Below are positions 41,691 to 55,857 of a stretch of 64,000 nucleotides of DNA, piece after piece. The translations under genes were made by a program, and so were the position numbers. The first letter of the stretch is position 1. The number at the start of each line of letters is the position of its first letter. The notes beneath the pieces were generated by a model. It worked only from the letters and a program-made list of their open reading frames with translations, did no database searches and was not told where the DNA came from. The DNA lies in the NCBI RefSeq assembly GCF_006345805.1, contig NC_043005.1:12152001-12216000 (forward strand), read 5' to 3'. Source of the stretch: Octopus sinensis. Its lineage: Eukaryota.

Positions 41691-42152
41691 AATAATAATA
41701 ATAATAATATGGAATGACCAAAAAAAAAAGGAACTGAAAATTATTTAAGAATGATCCTTGGCTTGCCATCCATGCAGGAAAGTGCAAAAGATTTTCTAAA
41801 CTTATACGTCACGCTGTGACTTTTCTTTCTATTTTTCCCCTTTATTTTCTTCGTTTACTTTTTCATGTTTCATTTCTTATTCCTATTTCTATCTCCCCTA
41901 TAACATGACTTTATAAATGAACAATCTGGTGTCTTTATTTTTAATGGCCTATCAATGTATATCAAAGTGCGTTTCTCTGACCTAGGTGTCAGGATGACAC
42001 TCGACAAGAAATGGAAACAGAATTGAAGAAAGATGATAATTAAAATAGTGTGGATAACAACAAAACCAACATCAACAGCAACACCACCACCACCACCAAT
42101 AACAACAACAATGACAATAATAATAATAATAATAATAATTGTAATAATAATA

Positions 42153-42209
<57 letters not shown>

Positions 42210-42222
42210 GCAATAATAATAA

Positions 42223-42348
42223 TATTTATTTACTAATTTTTTTAGATACATATTTTACCTGTGAATTTGCATGTGTAATCTGGGAATGCATACGATGAGC
42301 TTCTCTGCCCTAGGTGTACAGAAAACACTCGGCGAGAAATAGAAGAAA
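42223..42348 (+). mobile_element. Dong/R4-like 3' UTR stub in (AAT)n
   Basis: CTGTGAATTTGC..GTAATCTGGGAATGCATAC.ATGA.CTTCTCTGCCCTAGGTGTA.GAAAACACTCGGCGAGAA matches the reverse complement of about 49300-49420. Confidence 0.85.
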
Positions 42349-42854
42349 ATAATAATAATATTAGATATATAAATATAAGAAAGTTTATAAGTTAAATAAG
42401 AAATGAAGAGTACGAAGAAATAAATAGATTTCCATGAATTGTTCAAACGTGTCATCGATGAAAGTGCTTCGAAAGACCCATTAAGCCAGATTAGCTGCAA
42501 CCCTTCCAGTTAAAGCAAGTAAAGCTGAAGTGACATGCGATCTTTCTGCGCATAAAACTGGTGTGTGAATGAAAAGATATTGTAACACGTGCAAACAATT
42601 CGGATGAAGGAAATTACAAAAGTGATGAACTATGGAGATGAAGAAGGGACGGAATATTAATAAATAATATATCGCATGAAGAACGAAATATAAAGTATTT
42701 GATGGGGATTTCCGCACTGAATTGCAATACTTTCGATATTAAAATTTTATATCAACGATGAAACAGCTTTCTGGTATAACAGACAAATACTCTTAAGATA
42801 GATCTCGGAGAAACTAATATAACTAATATGCATAAATTATAACTAATACGTATT

Positions 42855-43196
42855 GGCGCAGGAGTGGCTTACCATGTGCTTACCAACCACATGGTTCCGG
42901 GTTCATTCCCACTGCGTAGCCCCTTTGGAGTGGATTTGGCAGACGGAAACGGAAAGAAGCCCGTCGTATGTATATATATATATGTGTGTGTGTGTGTATG
43001 TGTGTGTGTGTGTGTGTGTTTATGTGTTTATGCGTTTGTCCCTCGAACATCGCTTAGCGGTTTGGCAAAAAGGACCGATAAAAATAAGTACTAGGCTTAC
43101 AAAGAATAAGTCCTGGGGTCGATTTGCTCGACTAAAAGGCGGTGCTCCAGCATGGCTACAGTCAAATGACTGAAACAAGTAAAAGAGTAAAAGAGA
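42855..43196 (+). mobile_element. SINE family A with internal deletions
   Basis: Head, internal microsatellite and full tail are present. Confidence 0.9.
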
Positions 43197-44183
43197 ATAT
43201 TGAAGAATACGAAACATAATAACTATCTGAGTAAATATAAATGAAAAGAAGATCGTTCGGAAGATTACCTGCTTTTGAAGTGAATAAATAGCAAATTACG
43301 TATTTTAAATTTACCAGTAAAATATTTTAAATAACCTCAAAGATGCAAGCCATGACAAAGAACGGTTAGCTGAAACCTGTAAGTTGTTAATTATAAATAT
43401 GACGTGAAAAGAATCTAATTAAATTAAGGTTAAGACAAATAGCATCGTATAAAAAAATAATAAATCATATTTATAATATGAAAAAGGCTATCAACTAGGG
43501 AAAATGTGAAACAGAAAGAATTTCTAAATGTAGTACTGCAACACTGTTCCCGTTATGTTGGAAGTACGCTAATGTGTAAAGGGTCAACAGCTAACCTGGA
43601 GTAAAGAAATTGAGGATCTGTGATGTTTTGGCAATGAAACATGTCAATTTACATTGAAATATTCTCAGATATTACAAAGCCTTCAAATCATGATTTAGAC
43701 TTTGAGGGATCTTTTCATGTATTGGAATGGTTTCGTGCAATCCTGATTTCTTGAAGTGTCTTTCTAATGCGTCTTTGCACTGTTAACGGAGACTAGGCTG
43801 TTGTACATCCATTGAGCTATTTGTTAATAAGCTTATGAATATTCTTGGACAGCGGAAGCATTTAGAACTTAAGAAGCATTATAAATCTGAGGTTAGACAG
43901 CATTGAAATAATTTATTTCCTTGAAAAGTATTAAGCAGTTTATAAAAGTACTAAATCATAATAAAGAGTGAATCATAAAATTGTATGATTTATCGTATTT
44001 CTAAATTTATCTATAATACTTAATGATGCCACTAGTATTCAGGAAGGCAATATATTTCATTTTGTAGAACACCTTTAACTGAAACGTGTTAAATATACTT
44101 CTGTAAATTTCGATGCTAATATAAAAGTTGGTTTACTGCTTGATAGTTACGATTTGGATATGATTATTATTGCATATGATATA

Positions 44184-44609
44184 GGCGCAGGAGTGGCTGT
44201 GTGGTAAGTAGCTTGCTAACCAACCACATGGTTCCGGGTTCAGTCCCACTGCGTGGCATCTTGGGCAAGTGTCTTCTGCTATAGCCCCGGGCCGACCAAT
44301 GCCTTGTGAGTGGATTTGGTAGACGGAAACTGAAAGAAGCCTGTCGTATATATGTATATATATATATATGTGTGTGTGTATGTGTGTGTGTTTGTATGTC
44401 TGTGTTTGTCCCCCTAGCATTGCTTGACAACCGATGTTGGTGTGTTTACGTCCCCGTCACTTAGCGGTTCGACAAAAGGAACCGATAGAATAAGTACTGG
44501 GCTTACAAAGAATAAGTCCAGGGGTCGATTTGCTCGACTAAAGGCGGTGCTCCAGCATGGCCGCAGTCAAATGACTGAAACAATTAAAAGAGTAAAAGAG
44601 TAAAGAGTA
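44184..44609 (+). mobile_element. SINE family A, full length, little diverged
   Basis: Complete head, core, microsatellite and tail, ending in (GAGTAAAA)-like repeats. Confidence 0.95.
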
Positions 44610-45861
44610 ATATCGAAACGTTTCTGGTGGAGAAGTAAAATTTGATTCTATTGGATTATATGTTAGTTATCATTTATTATCTTAGATTAAAGCATCTGAA
44701 ATTTCTTCAATCAAATTCGCTGCAAGTTATCAATAGAGTTATAACTTTGAATTCAGCACAAATACTTTGGGTGCCGTCGGTATTTATTAAATGCTGGATT
44801 CTCGTTTCCGACGTTAATTGTCTGCGATATTAAAACGGTGAATTGACGATATTGGATCCTAGAGTACATCACTGTCGTGTACCAGTTAACTAAATGCTAA
44901 CAAACGAAGCTTGACGTTCGAATGTTACCTATATGTGCAACTCAATTAAATGCTGAGATTTTTAAAATACGTTTTTAAGGTTTAAATGCAACATTTAAGA
45001 ATTTGTTCACGCTTGTTCAGAGACTGGTAGGATGAAGAGAGAAAGTTATCCTCAGTTTCAGATATTAGTAACGAAGCAATCCAAATCCCGGCGAACCATA
45101 TGCTACAAGAGACAGAAAGACGCAACGGATTCAATGGCAGAACTGGAAAAATGTGCGTATCTGCTGATCTAACACTAGCAATACAGTTGCTTGGTTCGAA
45201 TCTCACGACCGGGTCTGTCGTTTTCATGTTTCAGCCTGATACGTTTCATATTTATTATCGACTTCATTATATATTATCATATGTGTTAAAACTACCCGCA
45301 TATCAACTGAGGATCATGCGACTCATCTATAGCTACTATTTTTAACACTCCCAATAGCTTTAATGTAAGCAGGAAACTTTATACGATCCCAGGATAAATT
45401 TGATTAGCTATCAAAGTGTGACCAATGAAAAGAGCTGAATGCAGCTCAATCTAGAAAATTCCGTTTATGATGAAGCACGCAAGAAAAAAATCTATTGCCA
45501 ACGAAAAAGAAATTGACTTATCGTCTCCAATAGTTCCAAGAATTATACATCTACACTTTAATAGTCTTCTTAGCTACAATACTGCTTGCAGGAATATTTC
45601 ATTAAGAGACTGACCAATTTTTGTCTTCAACGTTTTCATTCGTTCACAATTGTCAACCCCTCCAACACATTCTAACGTATCTCAGTCGTTTCTTTTTTAT
45701 ATCTATTTAATTTTCCCATTCTGTAGATCTTTACCATACTTTCTTCTCATCGTCCGCCACGTTTTATATATTCTATATCACTTCCTGTTATCACTCATCC
45801 TATTTCCTACATTATCAGGCTCCACTACATCTTACTAATAGGTCATAACTAACATTTATAC

Positions 45862-46160
<299 letters not shown>

Positions 46161-46701
46161 TGCTGCCACTTCTTCGCTATTGCTAATACTCCTATTTCCC
46201 TTCCGCTTTTCCTCATCCTTGTCGGTACTACTACTACTACTTTCGGCCTCTCTTTCTCTTATAAGCTCCGTACTTCCACTCCTACCTCTTGTTTATTATT
46301 CATTTCCATCATCAGTAACATCGCCATTTATATCATCTACCTTCCTGTCGTTACATTCTCTTCATTCGCCAGGAACTCACTTCTCGCATTCCATTGTACA
46401 AATACCATTTCCGTGTTTAGTGTATCCCAATCGGCCATTTTAACTTGCCATGCTATCATCATTATTGAGTTGTCAGGGTAGGAATTTATTCTGGTTAACA
46501 AAAAACTTGTAACTCAATAAACACGTTAACTGGAATAAGTTAAAGAAATACACAGACACACACACACATGTATATATATGTATGTATGTATGTACGTAAT
46601 GTATGTATGTATGTATGTATGTTTGTAGCATGTATGTATGTATGTATGTATGTATGTATAAATTCCAGATGTCATTCATCCTTTTTCGTTTGTCAGTCTC
46701 A

Positions 46702-46740
<39 letters not shown>

Positions 46741-46874
46741 GTATATAGATAGATATATATAGATATAGAAATACATATATAAATGCATATGTATATACAT
46801 ATATAAATAATATATATAAGGATATTATTGTTTACTATACTACGAAGTGGTATAGCATGCATAAAGAAATAAAA

Positions 46875-46948
<74 letters not shown>

Positions 46949-47254
46949 CGCACACACACAGAAGAACACAAACACGAGGTGTAAATATATGTTTATATAA
47001 ATGTTTCGGTCAAAGTTTGGCCTGAGTTATATTTAATTTAATAGCAGAACCTGACAAGTTCAGTCAAGTCATTTTTAAGGCAAGTCTTGTAGTATCATGG
47101 CCCATTCATGTAGTGAACCTAGAGAGTTACTGCTGCTGTTGTTATTGTTCCGTGTGTGTATGCATATATATATATATATATACATACATTCATGCATGTA
47201 AGTATGTATGTGTATATATATATATATATATATAAAGTTAATCCAAACAAGAAA

Positions 47255-47432
47255 GCACAAAAAAACACAACAACGCGAGGACGTGGAACAAATATAATAT
47301 TATTGGACGCTCAGGGGAGAAGGAAAGAAGGAGGAGTAAACGTCTCAAGCGGAGCTCTTCGTTGGAAACATAGAAGAAGGAAAGATCCAGAGAAGGGAAG
47401 ACAGAGGAAAAAAATCGCCAACGGTACACACG
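47255..47432 (-). repeat. Penelope-like terminal-repeat family, decayed copy
   Basis: Homologous to 58745-58920 (AACAACG..GACGCT..GGAAAGAAG..AACGT.TC.AGC..AGCTCTTCGT.GGAAAC). Confidence 0.55.
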
Positions 47433-47449
47433 AGGTCACATTATATATA

Positions 47450-47499
<50 letters not shown>

Positions 47500-47521
47500 A
47501 TATATATATATAATATATATC

Positions 47522-47558
<37 letters not shown>

Positions 47559-47670
47559 CATACATATACATATAAATATATATACATATATATATGCATA
47601 TATGGAAACATTATTATTCCTAAATCTCTTAAAGTGAGATATTCAGTAACAGTGCTTTAAAGTAATTGTA

Positions 47671-47945
47671 TTTGCCAACATAAATTGGCAGTCCTGGATG
47701 GGACGAATGTTACTGTTGTTTAGCCCCAGGAAACGTAATTTCAAGCTGGCTATAGGACACAATATCTGTGCACTTATATTTTCAAGCGGGGGAGCTCAGC
47801 ACCCCCATCCAGCACAAAGCAACACCTGTGGACCGGTTTCTGGGCCATTGCACTTTACCAGCACTGAGTAGCTGCTCGGCTAGATGGCGCTGCTGAGCAA
47901 CAGTAACTTTCATCTCATCCAGGACTGCCACATTATGCTGGCAAA
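47671..47945. mobile_element. MITE with about 54-bp TIRs and TA TSD (Tc1/mariner-type)
   Basis: TA|TTTGCCAACATAAATTGGCAGTCCTGGATGGGACGAATGTTACTGTTG ... CAACAGTAACTTTCATCTCATCCAGGACTGCCACATTATGCTGGCAAA|TA. Confidence 0.85.
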
Positions 47946-48293
47946 TAGTCATGTATATATGTTTATGTGTATAAATCTCTGTTGATATACTAGAGGTGAT
48001 AAATTACAGGACTCAATGCGAATGTCATACTTTCACTATTATTTTGTTATCAAACTGGAATATATTTTTTATTAACCAAATATTGAGAACAATTGAGTGT
48101 TAAATGAAAAGATAGAACGATAGAAAAACTAATATATAACATTTTAAAAAACGCATAATATTAAGATATTAATATCAAGCTGGTAGTCCTATTTGTGCTT
48201 AAGATTTTGCAGCTATTTGTGTCTGATGGTGCATCTCAGACTGGACATGCAATGCATATATTTAAAGTAGTATTCTATCGGTTACTGCGATTA

Positions 48294-48501
48294 TAAAGGC
48301 AGTGGGCTGGCAGAAACGTTAGCACGCCGGGCGAAATGTGTAGCCGTATTTCGTCTATCGCTACATTCTGAGTTCAAATTCCGCCGAGGTCGACTTTGCC
48401 TTTCATCCTTTCGGCCTGGGGTCAATATAATCGACTTAATCCGTTTGTCTGTCCTTGTTTGTCCTCTCTGTGTTTAGCCCCTTGTGGGTAGTAAAGAAAT
48501 A
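48294..48501 (+). mobile_element. SINE family B (tail B1) with 14-bp TSD
   Basis: GGTTACTGCGATTA at 48280-48293 and 48502-48515. Confidence 0.92.
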
Positions 48502-48524
48502 GGTTACTGCGATTAGGGATCACT

Positions 48525-48790
48525 TGATCAGATGAACGGAACAGACAGCTCCTGAAATTAACCTTCTAGTGGCTGAGCACTCCACAGACACGTGTACCCT
48601 TAGCCTAGTTCACAGGAGAAATTCAAAGTAACGCAGAATGCGACAAGGCTGGCCTTTTTCAATTACGTGTTTGCCAGCTGAGTGAACTGGAGAAGCAAGA
48701 AGTAAACAGTTTTACTCAAAGACGCGACACGCCATTGGAAATCCAATTCGTGACCTTATGATCGCGAGCCCAATTATTTAAACACGTTTT
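48525..48790 (-). mobile_element. SINE family D, diverged
   Basis: Reverse-complement similarity to 59625-59930 (GCCAGCTGAGT.ACTGGAG, GACAAGGCTGG, GTGTACCCTTA, GACCTTATGATCG). Confidence 0.75.
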
Positions 48791-49017
48791 CCAATTGTGT
48801 AAAGAATTCTGCTATGGTATTATGTTCAGTGTGAGAATAGCGACATAACGTAAAAATGTGTTCACTATAGATATTTTATTGATGATAAATAAAATAAGTA
48901 AAATATGTTCTAAAGCATCCGAGAAATAGAATCCCGAATACATTTCAGTTCTTTTGTTCCCGTGACAATGTTTTGTTGTTATAATTATTGTTGTTGTTGT
49001 TGTTGATGTTGTTTTTG

Positions 49018-49225
49018 TTAGCAAAATCGTTATCACACTTCGCAGCATTTCGTCCGTCTTTACGTTCTGAGTTCAACTTCCTCCGTGGTCGACTTTGCCT
49101 TTTATCCTTTCGAGGTCGATAAATTAAATACCAGTGAAGCACTGGAGTCGATGTAATCGACTTATCTCCTCCCACCAAATAGCAACCCCTGTGGTACAAT
49201 TTGAAATCATTATTATTATTATTAA

Positions 49226-49276
<51 letters not shown>

Positions 49277-49786
49277 GGTTTTCCCTTCTTTCTTCAAATT
49301 TTCTTCCGCTTCTCGCCGAGTGTTTTCCATACACCTAGGGCAGAGAAGATCATTGTATGCATTCCCAGATTACACGCGCAAATTCACAGATGAAATATTT
49401 ATTTAAAAATTAATAAATAGATACATTCACGGATGTATGTTGCTTTCACAGCGATAATGCTCTTGTCAGTACATGAGCCGTTCCAGTTAACACGATTTTT
49501 TGCACTTCCTGTAAGTAAGCCTGGTATCATTTTCAAATAGGTTTCAGTAACTTTTTTTATAATTCCTAGAGATCCTACAATCACTGGTACTGTAGCTGCC
49601 TTGAGATGCCACAATTTTTTCAATTTCTATTAGCAAGTCTATATTTACTAATGTTGTCAAATTCTTTCGCCACTATATTGTGATCGCAAGGAATACTCAT
49701 GTCTTACTGTGATCGCAAGGAATACTCATGTCTATTGTGATTGCAAGGAATACTCCGCTAGACATGAGTATTCCTTGCGATTATTA

Positions 49787-49847
<61 letters not shown>

Positions 49848-50200
49848 CATTTCTTGCTAGCAAAATGGTTTACATGACGGGCGAAATGTACCAGTTGACT
49901 TACTGGGATCGATGTCATCGACTTAATCTCCTATTCCAAGCTGCCCTGGTAGCAACAGTTTGAAACCATTATTACCATTATTAAGGCAGCGAGCCGGCAC
50001 TATCGTTAGCACACCGGGTGAAATTCTTCACGGCTATTCGTCCTTCTTTACGTTCTGAGCTCAAATTCCGCCGAGTTCAAGTTTAGCTGTCATCCTTTCG
50101 GGATCGATAAGTTAAGTACCAGTGAAGCACTAGCGTCGATGTAATCAACATACCCATCTCCATAAAATTTCAGGCCTTGTTTCAATTGTAGAAAGCATCA
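49018..50200 (+). mobile_element. Cluster of family B SINEs: 49018-49208 and 49850-49975 (tail B3), 49983-50200 (tail B2)
   Basis: Shared head and core with different tails, all ending in (ATT)n. The span also contains the Dong-like insertion listed separately. Confidence 0.75.
49277..49781 (-). mobile_element. R4/Dong-like LINE 3' fragment (RLE C-terminus and 3' UTR) inside (TTA)n
   Basis: DMSIPCDHNIVAKEFD..KY..IEIEKLWHLKAATVPVIVGSLGIIKK..YLKMIPG matches the R4/Dong endonuclease end. (TTA)n flanks both sides. Confidence 0.85.
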
Positions 50201-50214
50201 TTAGTATTGTTATT

Positions 50215-50336
50215 TCTTGCTTGCAAAATCGTTACCATGCAGGGCGAAATGCATAGAGGTATTTCACCCATCACTTAGAGTTGAAATTCCGCCGGGGTCG
50301 ACTTTGCCTTTCATCCTTTTGGGATAGATAAATTAA
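50215..50336 (+). mobile_element. SINE family B 5' part; 3' part at 51731-51830
   Basis: The core GATAAATTAA|..CCAGT is split at TTAA by the piggyBac. Confidence 0.85.
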
Positions 50337-51730
50337 CACGTTGGCTCCTGAGCCCCATTTCACGTTTTAACTCTGGGTCGCAATAAGATATCTTAATTAA
50401 CTTTGACATGAGCGGCGTAATATTTTTATACTACACCATATGTGACCCCAGGATCATATAGATACCCATATCCTGCCGGAGGGTCATGTGGTACCCTAGA
50501 TAATATCACATCTTAGATACCACACGACCTACCCGTGGGTCGTGTGGAAATGTTAAACCTTGTTTCTTTCTTTTGAGATTATTAATTGTTTATAATTTGC
50601 AAAATAGCTTAATCTAATTTAGCAAACCCAAATATAAATTAGCAATACAAAGTATTCTAAACGGTTTCATAAGGAACAAATTCATGGCAAGCAACAAAGT
50701 GATGTAATTGTAGAGGCAAAGTGGAAGGATAGGCGTGATGTGCTGATGTTATCTACGAAACATGAGCTTAGCTTTAGGGAAACAGGGTGAAGAGTGAATG
50801 ATGAGGAAATAAAGAAGCTGGAAATAATTCTCAGCAACGATGCGATGAAACAGGGAATAGATATCTCTGATCAAATGGTGAGATGGTTCACACCTCCAAG
50901 AAAAAGCATCAGATGATATCACAAGATTGTTTTTAAATACCTGCTCAACACAGCTGCAGTGAATGCTTTAGGGATATTTCGAAAGAGCAATCGATAGAAA
51001 GTGCAGATTAAAGAGTTTAGAAAATCTATTATTGAATCACTCTGGGATGTGGACAATCACTCACCAACAACACCAAGAGCTGCAGGCATCAGTACCCGCC
51101 ATAACTTGAAAAGATGCAGCGAAAAAGACAAATCGAAGAGAATAGTTAAAAGCTGTGTAAAAGATGTGTAAAAAATACTAAAAGATGAGTATGTCATTAC
51201 AGCGAAATTAGGAAAATAATGAGTGCAAAAGAAGCAGATAGATATAAAAAAAAAGCAAGTACATTGAATGCACAGGTAATCCTTCCTTTTGCCATGAGTA
51301 GGAATATTGGTCAATTGAAATTTTTAGGTATTTCCTATTGGAAGAGCTCGAAATCTTTACAAAAAGAACTATTTTGGTTTCTCTGGCAAGTGAAAGATTT
51401 TTGATTCCCTTCGCTTTCTATTGTTGGCGAATCTACTAATTTTTTCTAAAGCAACTAGCTATTTTTCTTTCAATGGCAAATGAAATTTTCCCAAAACTTA
51501 ATCTTTTATTCTATTTCATTACTTAGAGAAATCAGAAGAAAAACGAAAAAAAAGGTCTAAAAGAATATTGTTCTCTTAGAGTACCAAAAGCACAAAACAA
51601 AGCCATCGGCGCATACCAGCTCTCAGAAAGCCCAAAAGAAAGAAATTTTAAAAGGGCCCACTGGTGGATCGGACGGGACACGTTGACATACCACCACGAC
51701 ACATCATGGTGGTGTGTGGGAGCCAACGTG
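50337..51730 (+). mobile_element. Deleted piggyBac element
   Basis: TTAA|CACGTTGGCTCC...GGAGCCAACGTG|TTAA. Transposase remnant from 50701: AKWKDRRDVLMLSTKH..KQGIDISDQM..RKSIR*YHKIVFKYLLNTAAVNA, with stops. Confidence 0.92.
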
Positions 51731-51866
51731 TTAACACCAGTGAAACACTGATGTCGATATAATGGATTAGACCCCTTCCCCCAATTTCAGACCTTGCATT
51801 TTAGTAGAAAATATTATATTTATAATTACTATTATTATTATTATTCTTATTGTTGTTGTTATTATT

Positions 51867-52277
51867 ACTCTCTTACTCCTTTACATGTTTCAGTCATTTG
51901 AGTGCGGCCATTGTGGAATACCGCTTTTAGTCGAGCAAATCGACCCGAGGACTTATTCTTTGTAAGCCTCGTACTTATTCTATCGGTCTCTTGCTGAACC
52001 ACTAGGTGACGGGGACGTAAACACACCAGCATCAGTTGTCAAGCGATGTTGGGGACACAAACACAGATACACAAACATACACACACACACATGCACACAC
52101 ACGCATACACACATATATATATTATACATATATATATATATATACGACGGGCTTCTTTCAGTTTCTATCAACTAAATCCACTCACAAGGTTATAGTACAA
52201 GACACTTGCCCAAGGTGCCGCGCAGTGGGACTGAAGCCAGAACTATATGGCAAGCTACTTACCACACAGCCAATCCT
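51867..52277 (-). mobile_element. SINE family A
   Basis: Tail, microsatellite, core and head on the minus strand, with small deletions. Confidence 0.9.
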
Positions 52278-52302
52278 TATTATTACTATCATCATTATTA
52301 TC

Positions 52303-52373
<71 letters not shown>

Positions 52374-52563
52374 CATCATCATTATTATTATTATTTATTA
52401 TTGTTATTATTATTATTATATTATTATTATTATTACTATCATCATTATTATCATTATTATCATTATTATCATTATTATTATTTATTATTGTTATTATTAT
52501 TATTATTATCATTATTATTATTATTTATTATTGTTATTATTATCATTATTATTATTATTATTA

Positions 52564-52607
<44 letters not shown>

Positions 52608-52731
52608 ATTATTACTATCATCATTATTATCATTATTTATTATTGTTTTTGCTATTATTATTATTATATTATTATTATTATTATTTTATTATTATTATTA
52701 TCATCATCATTATTATTATTATTTATTATTG

Positions 52732-52786
<55 letters not shown>

Positions 52787-52795
52787 CATTATTAC
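52278..52795. repeat. (ATT/ATC)n tract with higher-order repeat units
   Basis: TATTACTATCATCATTATTATCAT recurs at about 52282, 52432 and 52612. Confidence 0.9.
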
Positions 52796-53184
52796 TTCCC
52801 TCTCCTTCAGCACTCTTTATTTTATTGCATAAAAATGGAACCGTCTCAAGGAACTGATTAGGTGTGTCACTTAGTATTTAATAGATAACAGGCGGCCAGT
52901 AATTATTAGTAGTCTCTCTTTCACTTTGCTAATTTTATATTTCGAAAAAGAAACTGAAGCAAGTTACTGATAATTCATACGTTAACATACAGACATACAT
53001 ATATGCACAGAACAAAACACAATACACACACACACAAACACACGCATATGCACATATATACATGTACACTTTCACAAGCACGCTCGCACACACCCATATA
53101 TAACTATATACATATTCATAGCACTCACACAACTATACGCACATTAATACACATGCTTGTGTACGCATGCACTGGCAACCTAAC

Positions 53185-53345
53185 TTTCCAACCAGTTTTG
53201 ACGCTACGTCATCCCTCAACCTGCTAGAAATAGTAGCAAAGCACCCATCTCATCAAAATTAAGGAAGTACACTTTGGACATCGTAGTCCTAAATAAAATA
53301 GAAAGAAAGTATAATAACCTCTAAGTATCTTTGCTCATAGGTCAT
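53185..53345 (+). repeat. Decayed fragment of another octopus-type SINE
   Basis: ACCTGCTAGAAATAG..GTAGTCCTA..CTTTG.TCATAGGTC; recognised from memory only. Confidence 0.35.
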
Positions 53346-53982
53346 TTTGATGAGGTTTCAACAGTAAGAAGAAAAATACAACAATACATACAGCAGGGCT
53401 TCAGGTACGTTTAATTCTATTCATTCCATTCTGGCTTTTAGAACCAAAATCTTCCATCTAATTACATTTGATCTTGCAGAAATTCGGACCGGGTATCGGC
53501 CATATTGTTTCCCCAGGAAAAAATATGTCGCTATCAGAAGTTAGGGTCACCGATCCTCCACTTTTAATAACATTCAAAACACGCACGCTATACGCGCAGA
53601 TTCACACAAACACAGATAATAACACATAATTCCTTATATGCATACACATATAGACATATACACGCATCTAGTGGTCTGTATAGAATCATATGTCAATAGT
53701 TAACTCTTTCCACATCAAGAGTTTTTGTGTGGATTTGTCGTCACGTAATGGCATTCAAACGGTAAGAGGTGAAGATGGAAGCTTTATGCAATAAACAGAA
53801 AAAAAAATGAAGCTGGCAGGATAATTGCTTTAGTGCCAATATGTCTAATTTTGTTGACAGAAGGGCAAAACACAGAAATATGTCTATAACAATTATATGG
53901 AAGCTTTCATTCGTCAAATATTGTGCATGAGATGAATATTGCAATATTTAAATCCCTTTCACCTTTCTCCCTCTATATTGTA

Positions 53983-54040
<58 letters not shown>

Positions 54041-54130
54041 TATTTACACACATATATATACATATATATATATATATATTTATACATATATATATATATG
54101 TATGTATATATATATATATATATATATATG

Positions 54131-54178
<48 letters not shown>

Positions 54179-55857
54179 TGTATATATATATGTACATATT
54201 TACATACATACATATACATACATGCATACACACATACATTATACATAAATGCATATATATATATATATATATATTTATATGTGTGTGTGTATGTATGTAT
54301 ATATAAGGATATACATATATGCCTGTATGTATGTGTACATATTTATAGATATAAATATGTGGATGTCTCTGAATGCTTGTACATACACACACGTGCATGC
54401 ACACACACACATACGCACAATACACACACATGCCTATGTGTACATATATATATGTGTGTGTGTGTGTACCTGTGCACACACATTTATTATTCTGAGGGGG
54501 GCATTTTATGTATCCATCACATATAGGTACGTATGTTTATGCGTACATAATTGCATTCGTCATTTTCTATTCATGCGTTATCTAAATCTCTTGTTACTCT
54601 ATCAAATAAATATCATGTATAATAAAACTGCTTCCGATATGGAGCTAAAACACCGAAGACATTCATTCATCCATAAATACATATATGTACAGATTCATAT
54701 ACAGATAGATGTACATATATACACATATATATATACACATACATGGACGTATGCACATACATATTCTTGCAGATACGGTCACACATCACCCTGTGTTTCT
54801 TCCTTTCATTCTCTCTCTCTTTCTCACACACAAACAAACACACACGCCACATAGTGTACGATGAATAGATATTTATTTTCTTTCCTTTTTATTAATACAA
54901 TCATAATTAATGAAGATGCATTCTGTATATGAATGACATATCTCCAGAAACGGAGCAAGATACATGTCATTCTCATTAGAATATCCTTTTAAACTGTGAG
55001 CAGCGAATGATATATATCATAGCATACTGATCGATATTTGATAAGATATAGTATACGATATGGTGAAAGAAAGACCACAGTCCATGAGAGTATGCCAAGA
55101 AAATTTTATACCATATGTATATAGAGGGAAACATATTTAAGATAAAGATAAGTGAATAGCGATCATGTATTCTATTCATATGCCATCAAATTGTCATTTG
55201 GAAAATGTTTGTATGCACATGTGATTATTAGAATGTGTGGGCAAATAGATATTCGAGTAGATTTTGCAACATTGCTGCATTTGCATATAAGCCAGTGGGA
55301 ATTCATGTTGTACGGGCGATTTTTTTTTATGCATTCTCGATTTCAAAGGTTTATGAAAACCCAGATATCACACATATCATGTATTTAATAACACTGCTTG
55401 TTCTGCAGTTTTCTGTCTACGCATATCATTGTAAATTGCTATCGAATCTGCTGCAAATTTTTAGACCCGTGAACACATTCATGCAAAGACCCATACACAC
55501 TCATACACAGGTACAGACCTACATTCACTCACATGCACACGCACACACGCACACACGATCTCACACATACACTCAGGCACACACACACACATATAGGTGC
55601 ACACATACTCTGTACACATGTTGATTGGCATGCAGTCACTGATCAACACAGTCTCGTTTCCAGCTCATTCACGTACTTTCTCATTGATTCAGCTATCACT
55701 AAAAGATAGTCTATCCTCGTGCATATCATTTACTTTTGTATTACCTCTACGTACGCTCCTTTCACACACTCCCTTCTCATTCTTTTGTCACTCATATTGT
55801 GTTTCCCCTTTACACACATTAATCCCTTTAACCATCTTTCTTTTACAGAGTTTTCCA

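Noticed and set aside
49679-49755. CRISPR-like short direct repeats
   Set aside because: Spacers are only 2-3 nt, the repeat is LINE coding sequence, and the context is eukaryotic.
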